Part shown: one piece after another, positions 51,762-62,754 of the stretch
Position numbering within the stretch: the first letter of the stretch is position 1
Layout: each line of letters begins with the position of its first letter
Origin: Octopus vulgaris
Taxonomy: Eukaryota
Length of the DNA stretch: 64,000 nucleotides
NCBI GenBank assembly: GCA_951406725.2
Contig: OX597831.1
Span: 54,374,001-54,438,000 of the forward strand
Reading direction: 5' to 3'
Position numbers and translations under genes: made by a program
The notes under the pieces: model-generated
What the model saw: only the letters and a program-made list of their open reading frames with translations
What the model was told of the DNA's origin: nothing
Database searches by the model: none

Positions 51762-52814
51762 TTCAATACATAGCATAGATATGTTGTTTATTTAAACAAA
51801 AACCTTTTGCTCATTACTCAAATTCCACAATACTACAATCATCAAGCAAACTGTTCCCTTTTGGAGTGTTTCCAGCTGGCTTTCCATATATATATATATA
51901 TATATATATCAGAGAAGGTTTCTTAATTTGTGTATAGTTATTCTTTCATTGACTGGTTTTATGTTGTTTTATTAAAACATTTTATAGTTTCATCATTAAT
52001 GACAACCAGGAAATAATACTTAAGCCAACCGATGAAAACAACAATTGGCAAATGAAATCATAACATCCATAGAGAACTCTTAACAATGCAATGTTTAAAA
52101 GAAGTAGGCAAGATCTCTGCATAGTGTATCCAATGTAAATTATGAATGGACAAGAAATCCAACTGTACTCTATTGCACTGGGATCACAGATAGGCTGACA
52201 GACAAAAGGACTATGTGGCAGACACATATATTAGTTAGAGGTAAGAGCACTAATCAAATATATTCTTCCATATGCTCAGAAGGTTCTGTAGTGGGAATGT
52301 TCAGCAGTCAGATCACTACACCTGATGTCACACTTCATTAGAATATTACCTATGTGATCAATAAAATCTAACCAATCACGACTTCACATGGATTAAGCTT
52401 CAGCAATGATTTCATCTTTGGGTGCACTTCCACCTGAGCCTAACTATCAGTATAAATTCAGCACAGCTCGACTACTTGACAGAGAGCTTGGTGAGAGTAT
52501 TGAAAATCTGCAGTGAAGGCATTGACAGACACCATAGGAGACGGCCAACAGAGACAGCAAACAGCAACTTACAACACAACGGCAATGATCAGCCAGAAGA
52601 TGAAAACATTAGAAACCAGTAGCTTTGCAAGTAGATAACCACACTTTGACTGCTATTTCAGTTACTCCAAACTCAATAACATTCAAACTCTCTTGACATT
52701 TTGTTGTTTTTAGTAGTTAGGACAGTATTTATTTTTGCAAATGAAAAGAATAAAATTTTCAAAAATTGTAACAAATTTGGTGTTTGTTTTTGTATAGACC
52801 CATAGTTATAATAA

Positions 52815-53390
52815 TAATATATAATAATAATAATGAAATTATTGTATACAGTGCTCAGGTGCACCACAACTTGTCAAAAGTGCGTATAAAGCATATGCAG
52901 TAATGTACAAACGTCTGGAAAGTGAACAGTGTATGAGTCAGATACATGATTGCGTGTTTATGGAGGGGAGAAAATCAGGTGTAGTGTTGGCAAATCTCAG
53001 GAAGCATGGAAGTTTTGAAGGATGCAGTGCTCCGACAACTAACAACTGATGCCGGCAGTTTGTTCCATACTTCAGCAACTCTTAGCGTGGGGAGCTGTGC
53101 TGCTTTCTGAGTTTGTAAACATGTCCATGGGTGTTAGACAGGTGGAGTTTGGAAAGGTGCTCAGAGTTATTGTTAGTAAGATGGTTAATAATTTTATGGG
53201 TGTCTGCCAAGTCAGCTGCCAGACGTTGGAGTATCCATGCCCAGGGAAGTAAGGCATTCAGAATATGGCAAATGCCTGATGGAGGCTATTCTCTTGGTTG
53301 CACATCGCTGAACAGTTTCCAGACAATTAATGTCCTGGGCAAGATAGGGGTTCCAGACCGGTGATGCAAATTCCAGGTGAGCTTCTATTA
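52815..53390 (-). mobile_element. CR1-like LINE 3' end with (ATT)n tail (shorter copies ~8610-8822 and ~24815-25127)
   Basis: Minus strand encodes HLEFASPVWNPYLAQDINCLETVQRCATKRIASIRHLPYSE, a CR1-type C-terminal motif. Confidence 0.85.
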
Positions 53391-53951
53391 CCTAGGTGAC
53401 CTAATCAGTAATTAAGGTGGGAATCACTCTGACAGTATACAGAGTGGAAAAAGTTCAGGGAGTTACTTGCTATGCAGGCAACAAAGAATCTCTTTTTGAA
53501 TCAGGAGTATATGGCAATTATGTAAGAAGTGCAATGTTGCTTGATAACAAAACATGGGCACTGAAAACAAAGAATTTGTGAAGATTGAAGAGAAATGAGA
53601 CAAGAATGCTTCACTGGCTGTGTAGTTTTAGTGGACATGAACAATGGAACACAAATATGCTGAGAGAAAATCTGTCTATGAGAGGAAGCAGATCTAGAGT
53701 GCAAATGAGAAGACTGTGGTGATAAAGACATACAATGCATACAAATGATGACAGCTGAGGAATGATTTGCCTGGCGATCTATGTAGAAGGGTATTGTGGA
53801 AGAAATTAAGTAATATGGGAGGAAAATTAGGGAAAATTTATATCAGGGTGCTGATCCTTGCAAAAGAATACAGAAGCTCTGTTGGAGAGTACTCCTTCAA
53901 ACTGTGTAAGCATAGGAAAATGAAAGTTAATAATGATGATGATGATGATGA

Positions 53952-53983
<32 letters not shown>

Positions 53984-54072
53984 AGCAAGGAAAAATTGTA
54001 AAAATGCAGAATGCTCAAATGAAAGAAAATTTTAATGAAATGAGAAATTGATAAAATATATAAATATATATT

Positions 54073-54114
54073 TATTCAAACCGGTTTTCGTCATTGTATG
54101 ACTTGTCAAGAATA
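54073..54114 (-). ncRNA. Decayed type-I hammerhead motif; a second truncated one at 54471-54501
   Basis: TATTC ttgacaa GTCA tacaa TGAC GAAA accggttt GAATA: stems I and II intact, core decayed from CTGACGA. The second reads GATGA a GAGC tcc GCTC aAAAC GTT. Confidence 0.45.
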
Positions 54115-55615
54115 TTTAGGTTAAAAAGTTTTTTAAAAATTAGAAAGGGAAAAAAAAGAAAATTGTATTGTTTTTTGCAAAAGAATAATGATAAATATGT
54201 ACAAAAATTAAAAAATAAGTACTCTGATACATTGTGAGTTCGTTGTGTATCTTGAGTTTAATGATTGTTCACGAAAAAATTACCTTGAGGTATTAGGATC
54301 CAATGGGATTAAGAGCATGTGTTGTTTGGTTTAATTAAGGATGTTGGCAAAACAGGAAGTATATATACATATATATATAAAGTTAATCCAAACAAGAAAG
54401 CACAAAAAAAACACAACAACGCGAGGACGTGGAACAAATATAGTATTATTGGACGATCAGGAAAGAAGGAGGGTTTAACGTTTTGAGCGGAGCTCTTCAT
54501 CCACAAAAGAGATACCCAAAGAATAGGATATCTGACTGGTATCTCGGGTATCTCTTTTGTGTTTGAACGTACACTGTATTCTTCTCTGAATAATATATAG
54601 TCTATCGACTAATTTTTTCTTTCTTGCTAGACCACTGGTAACTAAGAATTTTTCGATGAATATTCTTGCTACCCTAAGATTTTAATATATATATATATAT
54701 AATGTATTTGTGTGGATGCACTCACTGTAGCTATCTTCCTTGTCACCTACTTGGAATTTTCAATTTTAAAGCTGTGAAAAACAAGAAAATTAATCATCTT
54801 ACAAACTAGACCTGAATATTTAATGAGAATGAAATATTATTTTCATTTTGCTTTCATTCTATAGTAACATGTAAGAAACAAGACAGCATGGACGATATCT
54901 TCAAAATGTGTGCATGTGTATGTGCACATGCTCACATGCATGTGCATGTGCAAGTTTCTATGTGTGTATGTGTGTGTGTGTGTGTGCACGCATGCACATA
55001 TGTATTCATGTTAATACATGATTTAATGAAAAGCTGTTTCCAGACACACACAATTTTCTACAGGTATTTTACTGTGTTCAGGGAGAGAAACAACTTATTC
55101 TGCATCGCTTTGATTAACCTTGCTGCCAGGAATATTTACACATGTTATCTATAAGAGAATGATATCTTTTCCAATGAATGGTTGATCTTACTGTCACTTA
55201 TTGCATGATGCCACAAACAAGTACTAATCCTCAAAGCCCCCACATTCGAGGTATTCACAATATTTATATTCCTTGTATGTTTAAAACTTGTGACCATAAA
55301 ATCAATTCTCCATTACCCACCCTAAATTTGTAGTCATTGAACTGCTAGTTTAAATTAGATGCCTCAAATCTCATATAGTCCAAATTTGCCTTGTATCTCT
55401 CCAGAGTCAACAAAATAGCCAAGGGTTATTTTATTGACTCTGAAAGTATTTAAATCCAATGATTTGAGGCCCTCTGTCTATGTCCTTCTCTTAAGCTCTT
55501 CACTCACAATTGAGCATTGGCCATCAATGACTTTTCTCCCCCTTTCATGACTCTGGGTTGTCTTTTCTTCTTCTCTCCAATAGAATCCCTGCTTTTTTAG
55601 CTCTGCTTCAGTATC

Positions 55616-55752
55616 TGTTGTATGGACGCCCCCAGACGATGAAGTAGGCTAGCCCAATACGTAGATATAGAGGGAGAAGTCTAGACATCGTCAGAGTAGA
55701 GTAGCAGTGAGAGTAGGGTTGAGTAGAAGGCATCCGAACGTGTGACATAACA
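55616..55752. mobile_element. Very short (137 bp) solo-LTR-like insertion
   Basis: TGTTG...TAACA termini with exact 5-bp TSD GTATC (55611-55615 and 55753-55757); CpG-rich. Confidence 0.75.
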
Positions 55753-56839
55753 GTATCTTGCTTCCAGCTGTTTTAGGGTGTCCTCTCTTCTTCCTTGCTC
55801 AAGAGTTCTAAATCAGGGCCTGATGTATAATGCAGGATGTTAGTTTCATATATTTCCCTGAGGGAAGGCCTTCTTCTCCCACATCTTGTTGGTTTTGAAT
55901 TGTCATTGATGCTTCTGTAACTTTGCTTTTTTTCCTAGGTAGGGAGTGCTGGCCCAATGAAAATCCCTTTTTATGCCTGGTGGTCCATATTAGTCTGGCC
56001 GCTATCCTGAGAGGCTCTATCAGGAGCTTGTGCTCCACTGGCATGACTCTCAGAGTCATTGATGCACACAAACCACCACACTTCAATAAGAAACGGACTT
56101 CCAGACAGTTGTATTTGCATTAGAAATCAGTATTATTAAATTAAAGGTGGCAAGCTGGTAGGATCATTAGCACATTTCATCCAGCTTTATGCTCTGAGTT
56201 CAAATTCTGTCAAGGCCAACTCTGCCTTTCATCCTTTTAGGGTTGGTAAAATAAGTACCAGTTGGTCACTGGGGCCGGGGGTGGGGAGCAATTGGTTTAC
56301 CCCCTCCATGAAATTACTGGCTTTGTGCCAAATTTGAAACCAATATTACTGTTAAATTAGTTAGCAAGAAATTGTTTAAAATGAAACTGGGATTCAGTAT
56401 TATGAATTTAAAAGACAAAGTAGATAAGCATTGAGAATTGTGCTGCTTAAAAGATAGGGTGTGCTGAAGTTTATCATAGCTATGTGCTTATATTGTCTTT
56501 ACTAAAGTTACAGACAGACACTTGTAACAAGATATGAAACGACAAAAATACTGGAATTAGTCTAAGTAGTACTGAATATATAAACAAGTTACAAGAATGA
56601 ACAGAAAACAAAAAGAAATATTACAAGTAGTACTCAGTGCGTCGCAGAGTAAATTATCTAATGTTGTCTTTCTCCTTCATTTATTAACACCAGTGGTTCT
56701 CAACTGAATTCCATTTAAGATTTTGTTAAAATTTATTTCCAATAAATTGGTTATACTTTTACAATACACAAAACATTTCAATAATTATTTTTATACAATT
56801 CCTAATAATATTTAATTATCAAAATATAATAGGATTTTT

Positions 56840-57275
56840 GGATCTTTTCGGTTTGAACGGCAGTTTTTTCTAGCGGTGTCATATGAAATTGTCACCCATA
56901 ATTATGACCCTAGTATCAATCAATTGCATTTCAATCTGTTTTAGGGTTAGGGTTAGAGTTAGGGTTAGGGTTAGGGGTGGGGGGAAGGGTGTCTTTTTTT
57001 TCTTCAGAAATGTAAATAAACCCAATCTGTTTCTTAAACAAGGGACATATTCATATGCCACAGAATGTTTTCACCTCAATAGACGTCATTCATTAGTTGA
57101 AATTGCAGAAATTGAAGAAAAAAAACAACAAACATCTTACAAACTATAGAATTTTCTCAATAAAGCCAAGAGAAAAAGATGTTTTATAAACACATTCTAC
57201 CAGTATACGAAGTTTAAAAGTGTTTAGTTACATGGAAATTATTTTAAAAAACTGCCGGTCAAACCGAAAAGATCC
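56840..57275. mobile_element. TIR MITE carrying an internal TTAGGG array
   Basis: TIRs GGATCTTTTCGGTTTGAACGGCAGTTTTTT / AAAAAACTGCCGGTCAAACCGAAAAGATCC; imperfect 8-bp flanks GGATTTTT / AGATTTTT; (TTAGGG)2 TTAGAG (TTAGGG)3 at 56941-56976. Confidence 0.87.
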
Positions 57276-57888
57276 AGATTTTTTTAACATTAAATGGTTA
57301 GGTGGGTCCTTCTGAGAAATGGAGGAATCAAAGGGGTCCATATCTAAAATAGGAGCGTGATTTGAGGCAGATTTGGCTGCTGATACTAAAACGTCAAGAA
57401 ATTAGACACAGGTCTTGATCACTGGGTCTCATGCATGAATTTAGTTCAATTCACAATCCTTTTTTTTTTTTCATATTGTGGTGGGAGTGAGTGATACAAT
57501 ACTGGATCACAAATTAAAAAATTGATAGTGGATATCTTATAACTAGCACAGCAGTATTAGATAAATAATGGAAGAGTCTGAGGAAGACAAGTTCCAGCAT
57601 GTTTATGAGCAGCGGATTATCACAAGAGTTTAGATATGCTTCATCATCAGTTGGGTCAACTCCTGCGTGACTGTCACACAGCTTCCTTGGAAACCTCAAG
57701 AGCTGGGATAATATCACTCTCATGTTGGCATGGTTGTAATAACGAGCCATTGTTGTACCAGTGTCAGTTATTTAAACTCCACACTCTCTTCCAACTACAA
57801 ACAGAAAATAACATAAACAGTTTCTATCCATTAGTAAAGAAAAGGAATCATTGAGCAAAATTGACTTGAGAAACTATCAATAACTATT

Positions 57889-57937
57889 ATGTATGTGTGT
57901 ATGTGCGTACATGTATGTATATATGCATATGCATATG

Positions 57938-57969
<32 letters not shown>

Positions 57970-57975
57970 TGTATG

Positions 57976-58020
<45 letters not shown>

Positions 58021-58050
58021 GTCTGTCTGTCTATCTATCTGTCTGTCTAC

Positions 58051-58090
<40 letters not shown>

Positions 58091-58104
58091 ATATCTATAT
58101 CATT

Positions 58105-58140
<36 letters not shown>

Positions 58141-58147
58141 TTCATCG
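57889..58147. repeat. Compound microsatellite (TATG)n(TATC)n(CAT)n; other long SSRs at ~6550, 13857, 44320, 49909, 59853, 61180, 62675
   Basis: Simple repeats read directly from the sequence. Confidence 0.95.
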
Positions 58148-58488
58148 TTTAATGTCCGCTTCCCATGCTGGCATGGGTTGGATGGTTTGATTGAGGGCTG
58201 GTGAGCCAGAAGGTTGCACCAGTCTCCAATCTGATCTAGAAACGTTTCTACAGCCAGATGCCCTTCCTAACACCAATCACTCTGAGAGTGTAGTGGGTAC
58301 TTTTATATGCCACTGGTACGAGGGCAAGTCAGGCGATATATATATGTATATATATATATAAGTTCAGCAAAATTTAGATTCAAATGAATATGGTACTTAA
58401 GTTAGATGCACCAGAATTTTGTATGGTGTTGTCCATATAAATCCATGGGGTGGTTATAATCAAAATAAGCAACAAGAATAACTTCGGT

Positions 58489-58580
58489 AATTGGGTACGA
58501 TCGTTTCACGCTACATCATTTTATTAAATGTTGTAAGTATTACAACAGTTTTAAAATGCTGAGCACTCATCAGCCATTAA
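58489..58580 (-). ncRNA. Type-I hammerhead motif with long stem II, inside a Penelope-like remnant (~58340-59120)
   Basis: Minus strand: aatGG CTGATGA GTGCT...TGTTGTAA tac TTACAACA...AGCGT GAAAC gatc GT A CCcaatt. Core intact, palindromic GATC stem-III loop, weak stem I. Confidence 0.6.
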
Positions 58581-59852
58581 TAGAAGTTTTCCATTAATAC
58601 ATAATTTTCATATCAATTGATAACATTATAGAGAAGGTAGATATATAGACAAAGATGTGGATTTAAATTTTAAGGTCATTTAAGGTAGTGGAGTTTATCA
58701 ACTCATTGAAGAATATTCAGAAGAATGTTCAGTTGTTTTGAACTGCTAGAAGGTTTTGGGAAGAATGAACAATTGAAACAAGACAAGAAAGATCTTCTAT
58801 TTATAGAAATAGGGGTGAAATAGATGTCAAAGTTCTATATAAAGAAATTGAGGTTGAGAGAAAGGGTTGTCATACTACAGATGCCTTTTACTATGATTTG
58901 GCAAACAGAATTTAGCATTAGGAAAACTAGGTTAATGTCAAATGGTTACAGTGACCACTCATAGAGAATGCAGAGATTCTTTTATACTTATATACATCAA
59001 CTTTATAATTAGCTGATCGGTTTTGAATATTTTGCTACATTGGATTAAAGGAGAAATTATAAATCTAATATTTATTCAATTTGAAGAAAAATCTATCTCT
59101 TAATATGAGTAGGCATAATACATATATATATATAAAATTATAAATTAGGATATCTACAAGATATCACCATGCTGAAAATAGCAGCCATGATCTGACTCTA
59201 AAACCACCTTAATCTCCAATAAACAACCACTCTAATCTGCAGGAAGTTGAAATCAAGTCACTATGCATGAACACTATATTAGGCAGCACATCACAAAAGT
59301 TGAACAGAACTGACAGGTGCCTGTTATCCTCTATTATTGTACTTATTGTAAGGCGGCGAGCTGGCAGAAATGTTAGCACGCTGGGCGAAATGCTTAGCGG
59401 TATTTCGTCTGTCGTTACGTTGTGAGTTCAAATTCTGCCGAGGTCAACTTTGCCTTTCATTCTTTCGGGGTCAATAAATTAAGTACCAGTTGCATACTGG
59501 AGTTGATCTAATCAACTGGTCCTTGTGCCTCGAGTAGAAAAGATTATTGTATTTATTGTTTGTTTGTTTTTTTCAGTGAAAATGACTCTAAAATATGAGT
59601 CACAGCAGTAGTATGGCAAGAAGGGGAAAATATATGAGATGAGGAAGGTTCGAATGAAGGTGGCATGAAGTTTGCAAGACAACAGTGTAGATATGATTAT
59701 TAAAGAGACAGAGAAATAATTTAGTTTAATGATTTATGAGATGGTGAGTGTATGTTTGTGTGTGTAGGAATAGTGAATTGAAACTTTAAATCTATGGTCA
59801 ATCTTTAATTTTTCTTTTGACAAACTGCTAAGTTACGGGACAAACACAAAGA

Positions 59853-59913
<61 letters not shown>

Positions 59914-60292
59914 TCTATATATATAGGCATGGGAGTGGCTGTGTGGTAAGAAGCTTATTTCCCAACCACATGGTTCCAGGTTCGGTCCCACCGCATGTTA
60001 CCTTGGGCTAGTGTCTTCTACTATAATCTCAGGCCAACCAAGGCCATGTGAGTGGATTTGGTAGACAGAAACTGAAAGAAGCCTGTTGTATGTGTGTGTG
60101 TATGTATATGTGTGTGTGTCTATGGGTGTGTTTGTCTTTGTATCTGTGTTTGTTCCCTACCTTACCACTTGACACTCAGTGTTGGTGTATTTATGTCCCC
60201 ATAACTTAGTGGTTTGGCAAAAGAGATTGATAGAATAAGTACTAGGTTTTAAAAATTTGACAGAAGATGGAATATATGAGAATTTATTATTA

Positions 60293-60395
60293 ATCACAAT
60301 TGTTTCGATGCATCTAGCATCGATTCCTCTTGGGTGGGACACTCAACAACTGGTTCAGGAGCGTCCGGTGGTGCAGATGTATCTCATCGGGTGAT
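60293..60395 (-). ncRNA. Degenerate type-I hammerhead motif with long stem II
   Basis: ATCAC CCGATGA GAT aCATCT...AGATG c ATC GAAAC aatt GTGAT; stem I perfect, one core T>C change. Confidence 0.5.
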
Positions 60396-60511
60396 AAATA
60401 CAGCTTGTTAAAATGACTGTTCCGCAATGTAATTTTCCATTTTGTAGAGAGATAAGCAGCCAGACGGAAGAAATATCTCCATTTATATAGAAGATTAAAA
60501 ATAAAATCACA

Positions 60512-60913
60512 GGCGCAGGAGTGGCTGTGTGGTAAGTAGCTTGCTAACCAACCACATGGTTCCGGGTTCAGTCCCACTGCGTGGCATCTTGGGCAAGTGT
60601 CTTCTGCTATAGACCCGGGCCGACCAATGCCTTGTGAGTGGATTTGGTAGACGGAAACTGAAAGAAGCCTGTCATATATATGTATATATATATATGTATG
60701 TGTGTGTGTTTGTGTGTCTGTGTTTGTTCCCCTAGCATTGCTTGACAACCGATGCTGGTGTGTTTACGTCCCAGTCACCTAGCAGTTCGGCAAAAAGAGA
60801 CCGATAGAATAAGTACTGGGCTTACAAAAAGAATAAGTCCCGGGGTCGAGTTGCTCGACTAAAGGCGGTGCTCCAGCATGGCCGCAGTCAAATGACTGAA
60901 ACAAGTAAAAGAG
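60512..60913 (+). mobile_element. Full-length young tRNA-derived SINE with 16-bp TSD
   Basis: TSD TAAAAATAAAATCACA (60496-60511 and 60914-60929); intact A/B-box-like head and AAAAGAGT tail. Confidence 0.92.
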
Positions 60914-61214
60914 TAAAAATAAAATCACAGATGGCAAAAAGAGAAACGAACATACAATCCAATGAGAAAAGTATATATTGTCGTGTTTGTTTTCATGACT
61001 ATCCCCTGTTTGTTTGCTATTCCTAGCAGCTTCTCACAGCTGGCACTACCAAAAGTGACCAATATTATTTTCAAAAGCATAAAATTGTAAGGATCTTTTG
61101 GATAATAACTGACGAGGAATTAGCAACATCCTGTCCTGTGTATGAATGTTCCATTTGTTCCTTTGTTTTGTTTCTGTTCATATATATATACATACATACA
61201 TACATACATACACA

Positions 61215-61292
<78 letters not shown>

Positions 61293-61380
61293 CTACTAAT
61301 ATAGGATAAATTTTTTTCAGAAAAAATTTCATCAAAAGTGGCAGCATATTAAAATATCTTTAAAGGTTAAAATTATAAAC

Positions 61381-61465
61381 AACTTATAAACAAGGACAAA
61401 AGAAAAATGATTTCTATGCCAATATGGCATAGAAATAATTTTTCTTTTGCCCTTGTTTATAAGTT
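61381..61465. repeat. 41-bp-arm hairpin, followed by an imperfect inverted repeat (61503-61608 / 61705-61814)
   Basis: AACTTATAAACAAGG...TTCTATGCCA ata TGGCATAGAA...CCTTGTTTATAAGTT, two mismatches. Confidence 0.88.
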
Positions 61466-62688
61466 ATATATATATGCGTGTGTGTGTGTAAAATTAATTA
61501 AAATTAATAGTCTAAAGAAAACAAAGAGTGCACATAGAATATTTGCTTTTTAATCATTGTGCAGTCATATTAAGTTCTGTTTTTGCTTATGTGACATTTC
61601 AGCCATTCAGGAGAAATGAAAAATAGCGGTTAAAATGCCCAGAAGAAGCCATTGTTAATTTACTACATCATAATACACTTTAAAGTGCAAGTATGGACAC
61701 TAACAAATGACTGAAACATCATGTAGTCAAAAAACGAAGAACTTAATATAACTGCACAATGGTTAAAAAGTGAAAATTCTATGCGTATTCTCTGTTTTCT
61801 TCAAACTATTAATTATTTCTCCAATATCGAAAAGAATGAAGTCTCTATAGGGACAATTGGATTTTCAGAAGTGGAAAGTACTAAGAATGGTCAAACTAAC
61901 CAGCCATAAACATTAGTATATAAGCACATGAATGATAACCAGAATTACAAATCAATAGTAGGACAAAACTGGTGCCCACTTGGATAACATTTCACCATAA
62001 ACAGTGGCCCTATTATGGATTTTTTTCAACAATCTGAGTATGCCATGAGATTTCCAGATGTGAGTTGTACTCACGTATCAAATTTTATCAAAATCGATGA
62101 AACGATGTAGACGGAGTTAGCTAACAACTCCACAAACACACCCACAGACAGAATTTTCCACATATGTAGTAGATATACATACATATATATATATATATAT
62201 CATCATCATCATCATCATTGTCGTTTAATGTCTGCTTTCCATGCTAGCATGGGTTGGACGGTTTGACTGTGGGTGGGTGAACCAGATGGCTGCACCAGGC
62301 TCCAGTCTTGATCTGGCAGAGTTTCTACAGCTGGATGCCCTTCCTAATGCCAACCACTCCAAGAGTGTAGTGGGTGCTTTTACGTGCCACCGGCATGGGG
62401 GCCAGTCAGGCGGTACTGGCGACGACCTCGCTCGAATTTTTTACACATGCCAACGGTACAGATGCCAGTAAGGCGATGCTGGTAACGATCCCGCTTGAAT
62501 GGTGCCTCCTACATGCCACTGGCATGGAAGCCAGTTAGCCGCTCTGGCAACGATCACCGTCAGATGGTGCTCTTAGCACCCTACCAGCATGGGGCACAAG
62601 TGCCAGAAATGCGAGGCTGGCAACGATCACGTTCATATGGTGCTTGTGCCCATCATCAAATTTCACTTTGATTTTATATATATGTATA

Positions 62689-62754
<66 letters not shown>

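Noticed and set aside
56941-56976. TTAGGG repeats as a relic telomere or chromosome fusion site
   Set aside because: The array is short, in one orientation and enclosed by MITE TIRs.
57889-58204. Three overlapping ORFs of 87-103 aa
   Set aside because: Pure microsatellite translation; the same holds for ORFs at ~44174-44475, 50655-51190, 61071-61347 and 62535-62973.
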